A stretch of 64,000 nt of DNA from the human T2T-CHM13v2.0 reference genome, Homo sapiens. The DNA lies in assembly GCF_009914755.1 (NCBI RefSeq), contig NC_060939.1; one strand, written 5' to 3'. The translations under genes and the position numbers were made by a program. Below, in pieces: positions 56,045-64,000 of this stretch. Each line of letters starts with the position of its first letter. Positions within the stretch are counted from its first letter, which is position 1. The notes under the pieces were generated by a model that did not search any database, was not told the origin of the DNA, and was given only the letters and a program-made list of their open reading frames with translations.

Positions 56045-56045
<1 letters not shown>

Positions 56046-56088
<43 letters not shown>
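56046..56088. repeat. (TG)n microsatellite, ~21 perfect units
   Basis: Seen directly. Confidence 0.95.
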
Positions 56089-56092
<4 letters not shown>

Positions 56093-57294
56093 TGGAGCTC
56101 TTCCATTTCACACTAGGCCTGTTTCCCTGCAGCATGAGTTATCCCCCATCCCTGGGCAAGTGGGTTTTTATTTCATCTGGAGCATAAGAGGGTGGAGAAA
56201 CACCAGTCAGCTTGCTTCTCCCAAAGCAGGACAATGACAAGGACATCCTTGGCAGTCGCACTCCCTTGCCTGCCAGCTTTGAACTTTTGCAGTGAGTCCT
56301 GGGCCAGTGACCCTTACTCTGTAAGTGGTTCTGGAAGCAAGATCTGGATCTGCTCCTGAGCTCTGGCAGAGCCTGTGGGTAGAAGCCTTGAACTGATGGA
56401 GTTCCCAGCTTGCAGGTCGGGCTTCTGGAGGAAATGGGTGTGCAGCACCCAGGTTAGGACCTTGGCATACCTGCCATTAATGTCCTAACGTTTAGCTGTT
56501 GTTTTTCTCCTATTCATCCCTAAAGCCAGATTTTACCTCTTTCTCGCTAGAGGGAGGCTCCTCCCCTAAGGGGAGGTCCTGGCAAGGCCACGCGGAGTGA
56601 GAGGTCCCTGGACATCCCAGTTTGCAGGAGCACCTCAGTGCCACGCAGGCCGCACACACGGGACACAGAGGGAGGAAAGGCAATTAGTATGTGCTTGGGG
56701 TGGGGCACCACCAGGGCAGGGAGGCCACACTGTGGCCCAAAAGGAAACCTGTAGCACACACCCACCGATCCTGCAAAACTGTCCACAGTTTCAAAAAATG
56801 TATATAGTGATGACTTTGGGGCAGTAGGTTTTCCATTTAATATATGATCCTGTATTTCCTAAGCCTGTAGAAACAGAATGAGAGAAGAATCTTACTGAGC
56901 TTAGTGGCAAGGGAGTTGAGTTAAACTCGGTCATGAGCCATTCACAAGCAGAAATTTGGGTCAGTGGTGTTTTCTGGACGCTTTGGGAGCTGAGTCAAGG
57001 ATGCATGATCTGATTGCCTCTGTGGCCTTCCAGGGAGTCTGACTCTTACAGACAAAGCCCATGGACGCGAACTCATGCCCACAGCCCGTCTTTGGACTTT
57101 ATAAAGCCTAAGCCCACAGGCTGGCCACTGGGGAGAAGTGGTGCATCTCAGCACACCCCAGAGAGGGCTGGCAAGCAGACACACTCCCCTGCCCTTAGCC
57201 AGCTCCGCCTTCCTCAGAAGGCACAGGGGGAGGGTCCCAACCCCACCCGAGTGGGAACCCCTGTGAGTTTCCTCAGACCCCCTTCTCTCTGCAG

Positions 57295-57472
57295 GGTGCT
57301 GGTGGATGCTGCCGTGGTGGCAAAGGACACTGTTGTGTGCACCTTTGAAAATGAAAACACAGAGTGGTGCCTGGCCGTCTGGAGGGGCTGGGGCGCCAGG
57401 GAGTTCGACATTTTCTACCAGTCCTACGAGGAGCTGGGCCGGCTGGAGGCTTGCACTCGCAAGAGAAGGTAA
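57295..57472 (+). CDS. LRRK1: LRRK1 last coding exon (VLVDAAVV...LEACTRKRR stop)
   Basis: ctgcag| acceptor; TAA at 57470-57472. Confidence 0.96.
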
Positions 57473-58710
57473 TTCCTGTGGAATGACTGTCACACATCAG
57501 AGCTGGCTGGCCCGGGGCTGCAGCCTGACCCCTCTGCCATCGGCCTCTAGTTCTCCAAGGACCTAGAAGACAGATGGAGTTCTCCCCTGAACTCCTTGCT
57601 GCTAAGAAGTGCTGAGAAGTTACTCGCCTGGCGGTGGCTCCAGGGTTCTCTGGTTCTCTGGAGCAGAGTTCTCTGAATACCCCATCCCCCAACTGCTGAT
57701 TTTACAGCCCCAGGGAAGACAGTGGTATCAGGCTGGGAGCGGCCTCCTCTGGCCTCCCCCATCAGTTTGCAGGAGCAGGGGTGCAGGATCCTGTTCTGAG
57801 CTGGGTCAAACAAAGCAGGGCCGGGCCTTCCTGCCATCCCCAGGTCTCAGATGGAATTACACTAGAGGCCCTCCGCTGGGAAGCACTTGAGGTAGGGCAG
57901 GAGGGGGGCTGTGACCCCTGCCCTTTCCCCGCCAGAGACCTCAGGCTCTCAGCACATTCCACAGGCTCCTGAGTCCCCGAGGCCTGGGCCAGCTTGGGCA
58001 AGCCAAGATCAGATGTCTCTGTGTTCGGGAAGGTCTCCGTGTGGGAAAGCCCTTGGGGGATCCCGGGTGAGGAGTGTTGCCCCATCCAGAGAATGAATGA
58101 GTTCCTTTAAGTGCCACCGCCAGCAAGCCCAGAGGCACACAGTCCGAGTGCACCCGCTTAGCCTTTACATTCCTCTCCACCGACAAAAGGAAGGGGAAAC
58201 TCAATCAGCAGGACTTCAGAAAGGGCCTTGTGTTTATAGCTTTGTCAAGTAAATTTGGACGCAGCTGGAGCACAGGCCCTGTTTGTTTGCACATAATAAT
58301 CTTGTTTATCACTTTAAAAAATTCAGTAATATCTCAGCAGTCAGGCTTCTGGTTGTGAAATCACATTGTATGGGATTTATACCAAATTATGTATTTGCTA
58401 AACATTCACTGCACACGTGTACAGCGGAGTACGAAAAGGAACGTTGTCCACAGGGGATTTATGGATACAACAGCAAACATTTTATAAACTATGCACATGC
58501 ATTACACACATGCACACACATATGCACACACATGTGCAAACATAGCCACTTTTTTGTCAAGAGTTACCCTTTGGGGCTCCTTAAACCAGAATGGGAGTTT
58601 GAAAGAGAGATCATACTCCAGCTGAAGTTTGTTGACCCTTTTCTAAAATTAAAAAGATCAAATTTAGTATTTGCTGGATATGCAGGGAGATGAGACTCTT
58701 TTAATCTCAA

Positions 58711-58716
58711 AATAAA
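58711..58716 (+). terminator. Proximal polyadenylation signal of LRRK1 (3' UTR ~1.25 kb)
   Basis: AATAAA ~1.24 kb after the stop, U-rich upstream, GU/U-rich downstream (ctgtggcctctgtcttt). Confidence 0.75.
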
Positions 58717-59733
58717 CAGATTCTTTCAAGAACGAAGCTGTGGCCTCTGTCTTTCGAGCGCTTATGACCACAGCACGGGCTCAGTCCCTCCCAGACCCAC
58801 TCGCTGTCTGGGGATAATGGGCAGCCCCTCCTTGCCCACTGTGCCAACATGCAGGTGGCCCCTGAGCAGCTTCCATGGGTGGAGACGCTGCTCTGTCAGT
58901 CACAGGCTTGGAAAAAGCGAGTCCCCCCACTCTTTTTTTTTTTTTTTTTTTTTTTTTTTACCAACCTGGGCACCAAGTCCCAGGGGGCTGAGGGTCTGTG
59001 CTTCCTGTCTACCTCCCTGCCATTCTCTCACCCTCATCCCACAGCAGGGTCTCAGGAGTCCCACTCTCCCTCTCCTCTCATTCCAGTGTCCCACAACTGC
59101 CCAGTTAACCCCCAGATGCAAGCCAGATTCCATCTGCCCCAGGCCCCAAGCTTTTGCTTTGGCATCACGCGAGGCCAGGCTGCTTTGCAGGCACCAAAAT
59201 TCACCCTCTCCTACTCCTGGAAAAGCCCAGCCCCAGGCCTCACAGAGCCAGGGGAGGGGATCTCATCACATCACAGTTAGAAATCATACAGGCCTAAAGT
59301 CCCAGCTACCCAGGAGCCAAGGCAGGAGGATCCCTTGAGCCTGGGAGTTGGAGGTTACAGTGAGCTATGATCACACCAGCTTTCTAGCCTGGGTGACAGA
59401 GCAAGACCCAACTCTTAAAAAAAAAAAAAAAATACAGGAAATGACTAATGAACTTGACTCCATGAAATTGAAACTTACGTGGAAAATTAGTCCAAAGCCT
59501 AAAAGACTAGCAACTGAGAAAAAAAAACATTGCAACACAAATGAGAGACAAAGACCTCACTTATCTTCATTACAGAGAGTTCGTAATGTCAATAAGAAAC
59601 AGAAAACCGGAAAGGCAAACAGGTTAAGGGCATGGGCAGCAATTGAATTACAAAGAAACAGACAGACCCTTAAACATCAATGCTTGACCTCACCCAACAG
59701 CAGGGAAACAGTCTCCACAACAGTAAAATGTTG

Positions 59734-59891
59734 CTGGGATGGGCCCAGCATTCAGCATGGTCCCTGCAACTTTGGCCTCTGCCCAGTGACCTCTGGCGGG
59801 TGTAGAAGAGCTCATGCTTCAGTGAGGGGGTGGGGGGCACCCTGAGGACCCTGTCAACATCAGCTGGACCACAGGCATCTCAGATAGATGT
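59734..59891 (+). repeat. 157-bp dispersed direct repeat, copy 2 (inside an apparent old L1 fragment)
   Basis: 6 substitutions and 1 indel versus 53111-53267. Confidence 0.95.
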
Positions 59892-59958
59892 CACTTACCA
59901 CCCTCATGTTGGCAGAGGGTGGTAACCAGCCAGCATCTCCTTCTTAAACACCTACTAA

Positions 59959-60328
<370 letters not shown>

Positions 60329-61111
60329 TAGGAGCTCACTCCTCATAGGTAGAGTTGACAATAAGCACACAAACAAGTGAGATAGCAGGGCAGCCGGACC
60401 ACCCAGTTGGGCAATTCGTGGCTTGGCCTAGGAACGTTACATTTGACTGAGGCTGGCGAGGCCTGCAGCCTGCACCAGGGGGTACAATGTGAGACTGAGG
60501 AATGGGAAGAAGGCATTCCATGGAGCTCTGAGGGCACTGGGTGCAAGGGCCTTGCACATGCAAAGACCCTGTTGTGGGTTCAAGCCACTGTGTGGGAGGG
60601 ACAGGAGAGCCTGGCGTGGCTGCGGCCTTGAAGGAGGGGACTGTGCACACAGAATTGCAAGTGGGGGTCTCCGCGGAAGCTCCTGGCAGTTTTAAGCAGG
60701 ATTATTAGATGATTCAGTCAACTTTACAACTCACTTTGCTGAATGGAGGGTGGATTAACGAGGGGGTAGTTGGAGGCTACCCCTTGGAGGGCATTCTGGA
60801 CTTATCTACCAAAATTTCAAATGCACATACCCTCTGACCCAGCAGTTCCACTTAAGTATTTGGTCCTGAAATCTTGGTAAAAGTGCCCAAAGATACAGAA
60901 CAAGGATGTTCACTATAGCATCTCTTAGAATATGGCCCCAAACAGGAAGCAACCCCAACCTCTATCATGAGGGAGGTCATAAAATTCCTGCACATGCAAC
61001 AGTGCCATCCTCTGCAGCCTGTCAAAGAGGCAGGCAGCACTAACTGCTGGACTGGAATGTTCTCCAAGATATAATAAATGCATTTGTTTGAAAGCAGCTT
61101 GCAGCACAGTG

Positions 61112-61554
61112 CGTCAGGCCTCTGAGCCCAAGCCAAGCCATCGCATCCCCTGTGACTTGCACGTATATGCCTAGATGGCCTGAAGTAACTGAAGAATCAC
61201 AAAAGAAGTGAATATGCCCTGCCCCGCCTTAACTGATGACATTCCACCACAAAAGAAGTGAAAAAGGCCGGTCCTTGACTTAACTGATGACATTATCTTA
61301 TGAAATTCCTTCTCCTGGCTCATCCTGGCTCAAAAAGCTCCCCCACTGAGCACGTTGCCACCCCCACTCCTGCCCGCCAGAGAACAAACCCCCTTTTTCC
61401 TTTACCTACCCAAATCTTATAAAACGGCCTCACGCCTATCTCCCTTCACTGACTCCCTTTTCGGACTCAGCCCACCTGCGCCCAGGTGAAATAAACAGCC
61501 TTGTTGCTCACACAAAGCCTGTTTGGTGGTCTCTTCACATGGACGTGCATTAAA
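61112..61554 (+). mobile_element. LTR7 (HERV-H 5' LTR)
   Basis: (c)gtcaggcctctgagcccaagccaagccatcgcatcccctgtgac...; duplicated acaaaagaagtg..cttaactgatgacatt block; TATAAAA 61418-61424; AATAAA 61490-61495; ends ...ggacgtgcattaaa before the PBS. Confidence 0.95.
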
Positions 61555-61556
61555 TT

Positions 61557-61574
61557 TGGTGCCGTAACTGGCGC
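61557..61574 (+). other. Degenerate tRNA-His primer binding site
   Basis: TGGTGCCGTAACTGGCGC versus HERV-H PBS TGGTGCCGTGACTCGGAT (13/18 match). Confidence 0.8.
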
Positions 61575-63290
61575 GGGGGGAGGGGGGGGGGAACCTCCCT
61601 TGGGAGATCAATCCCCTGTCCTCCTGCTCTTTGGTCCATGAGAAAGATCCACCTACAACCTCAAGTCCTCAGACCAACCAGCCCAAGAAACATCTCACCA
61701 ATTTCAAATCCAGTAAGCAGCCTCTTTTTACTCTCTTCTCCAACCTCCCTCACTATCCCTCAACCTCTTTCTCCTTTCAATCTTGGCGCCACACTTCAAT
61801 TTCTCCCTTCTCTTAACTTCAATTCCTTTCATTTTCTGGTAGAGATAAAGGAGACACGTTTTATCCGTGGACCCAAAACTCCAGCGCCGGTCACGGACTG
61901 GGAAGGCAGCCTTCCCTTGGTGTTTAATCATTGCAGGGACGCCTCTCTGATTATTCACCCAGGTTTCAGAGGTGTCAGACCACGCAGGGACGCCTGCCTT
62001 GGTCCTTCACCCTTAGCGGCAAGTCCCGCTTTTCTGGGGAATGGGCAAGGACCCCAACCCCTTCTCTCCGTGTCTCTACCCCTTCTCCGCCTTTCTGGGG
62101 GGCAAGAAACCCCCAACCCCTTCTCCTTCACCCTGAGCGGCAAGTCCCGCTTTTCTAGAGGAGGAGCAAGTACTCCAACCTCATATCTCTGCGCCCCAAT
62201 CCCTTATTTCTGTGCCCCAACCTCTTATCTCTGTGCCCCAATCCCTTATTTCCATGCCCCCACCTCTTATATCTCTGCACCTTGATCCCTTATTTCCACA
62301 TCCCGACCTCGTATCTCTGCACCCCGACCCCTTTCCCACTTTTCTGGAGAGTAAGAACCCCTGAACCGCTTCTCTCCGTGTCTCTACTCTCCCTTTTCTT
62401 TAAACTTGCCTCCTTCACTGTAGGCAACCTTCCACTCTCCATTCCTCCTTCTTCTCCCTTAGCCTATGTTCTCAAAAACTTAAAACCTCTTCAACTCACA
62501 CCTGACCTAAAACCTAAATGCCTTATTTTCTTCTGCAATGCCGCTTGACCCCAATACAAACTCAACAGTAGTTCCAAATAGCCGGAAAACAGCACTTTCA
62601 ATTTTTCCATCCTGCAAGATCTAAATAATTCTTGTCGTAAAATGGGCAAATGGTCTGAGGTGCCTGACGTCCAGGCGTTCTTTTACACATCAGTCCCTCC
62701 CTAGTCTCTGTTCCCAGTGCAACTCATCCCAAATCTTCCTTCTTTCCCTCCCGCCTGTCTCCTCAGTCCCAACCCCAAGCATCGCTGAGTCTTTCTAATC
62801 TTTTCTATAGACCCATCTGACCTCTCCCCTCCTCCCCAGGCTGCTCCTTGCCAGGCCGAGCTAGGTCCCAATTCTTCCTCAGCCTCCGCTCCTCCACCAT
62901 ATAATCTTTTTATCACCTCCCCTCCTCACACCCGGTCCGGCTTACAGTTTCCTTCCGTGACTAGCCCTCCCCTACCTGCCCAGCAATTTTCTCTTAAAAA
63001 GGTGGCTGGAGCTAAAGGCATAGTCAAGGTTAATGCTCCTTTTTCTTTATCCCAAATCAGATAGCGTTTAGGCTCTTTTTCATCAAATATAAAAACCCAG
63101 CCCAGTTCATGCCTCGTTTGGCAGCAACCCTGAGACACTTTACGGCCCTAGACCCTAAAAGCCCAAAAGGCCGTCTTATTCTCAATATATATTTTATCAC
63201 CCAATCTGCTCCCTACATTAAATAAAACTCCAAAAATTAAATTCCGGCCCTCAAACCCCACAACAGGATTTAATTAACCTTGCCTTCAAG

Positions 63291-63641
63291 GTGTACAATA
63301 ATAGAAAAAAGTTGCAATTCCTTGCCTCCACTGTGAGACAAACCCCAGCCACATCTCCAGCACACAAGAACTTCCAAACACCTGAACTGCAGCGGCCAGG
63401 CATTCCTCCAGAACCTCCTCCCCCAGGAGCTTGCTACAAGTGCCAGAAATCTGGCCACCAGGCCAAGGAATGCCTGCAGCCCAGGATTCCTCCTAAGCCG
63501 TGTCCCATCTGTGCGGGACCCCACTGGAAATCGGACTGTCCAACTCACCTGGCAGCCACTCCCAGAGCCCCTGGAACTCCGGCCCAAGGCTCTCTGACTG
63601 ACTCCTTCCCAGATCTTCTTGGCTTAGCGGCTGAAGACTGA
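63291..63641 (+). pseudogene. gag: HERV-H gag C-terminal remnant (nucleocapsid, two CCHC knuckles)
   Basis: [14 protein letters not shown] and [13 protein letters not shown] (CX2CX3-4HX4C); upstream gag is broken by stops. Confidence 0.88.
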
Positions 63642-63932
63642 CACTGCCCGATCACCTCGGAAGCCCCCTAGACCATCACGGACGCCGAGCTGCCAGTAAC
63701 TCTCACAGTGGAAGGTAAACCCGTCCCCTTCTTAATCAATACGGAGGCTACCCACTCCACATTACCTTCTTTTCAAGGGCCTGTTTCCCTTACCTCCATA
63801 ACTGTTGTGCGTATTGACAGCCAGGCTTCTAAACCTCTTAAAACTCCCCAACTCTGGTGCCAACATAGACAATACTCTTTTAAGCACTCCTTTTTAGTTA
63901 TCCCCACCTGCCCAGCTCCCTTATTAGGCTGA
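63642..63932 (+). pseudogene. pro: HERV-H protease remnant, in frame with gag after TGA
   Basis: VPFLINTEATHSTL (active-site DTGA altered to NTEA); in-frame TAG at 63669 and TGA at 63930. Confidence 0.82.
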
Positions 63933-64000
63933 GACACTTTAACTAAATTATCTGCTTCCCTGACTATTCCTGGGCTACAGCCACACCTCATTACTGCCCT

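Larger units (their letters stand above)
61555..64000 (+). mobile_element. HERV-H internal region (leader, defective gag, pro), continuing beyond the window
   Basis: Leader splice donor cca|gtaagc at 61712/61713; C/T-rich leader repeats 62180-62330; gag and pro remnants. Confidence 0.95.

Noticed and set aside
58933-58959. 27-nt poly(T) run downstream of the poly(A) signal, considered as a retrocopy tail
   Set aside because: No recognisable Alu/L1/processed-gene body or TSD adjacent; treated as a homopolymer.
61638-62548. 215-aa and 88-aa ORFs in the HERV-H leader
   Set aside because: Low-complexity C/T-rich leader repeats typical of HERV-H; no domain.

Overview
This is human genomic DNA. 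The window holds the 3' part of LRRK1 (leucine-rich repeat kinase 1) on the + strand. I traced 25 coding exons from 664 to the TAA stop at 57470-57472. All have AG/GT boundaries and consistent phases, and they total 4764 coding nt (1588 codons). They encode the last LRRs, ROC GTPase, COR, kinase and WD40 domains, probably exons 10-34 and aa ~428-2015 (numbering from memory of the reference protein). A proximal AATAAA lies at 58711. The introns are full of Alu, L1, MaLR LTR, MER/Tigger and MIR remnants. A HERV-H provirus (LTR7 5' LTR, degenerate tRNA-His PBS, defective gag-pro) starts at ~61112 in the same orientation and runs off the window. I found no new protein-coding system; nearly all other ORFs in the track are repeat-derived or chance ORFs. 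The most interesting unexplained signals are: an exactly duplicated 5' splice site, a NAGNAG acceptor whose alternative use inserts a stop, a stop codon embedded in a 5' splice-site motif, a 157-bp non-TE duplication bracketing the last three exons, several templated-insertion scars, and the sense HERV-H that could supply alternative LRRK1 3' ends. Repeat subfamily names come from recognising consensus sequence by eye, not from a search.
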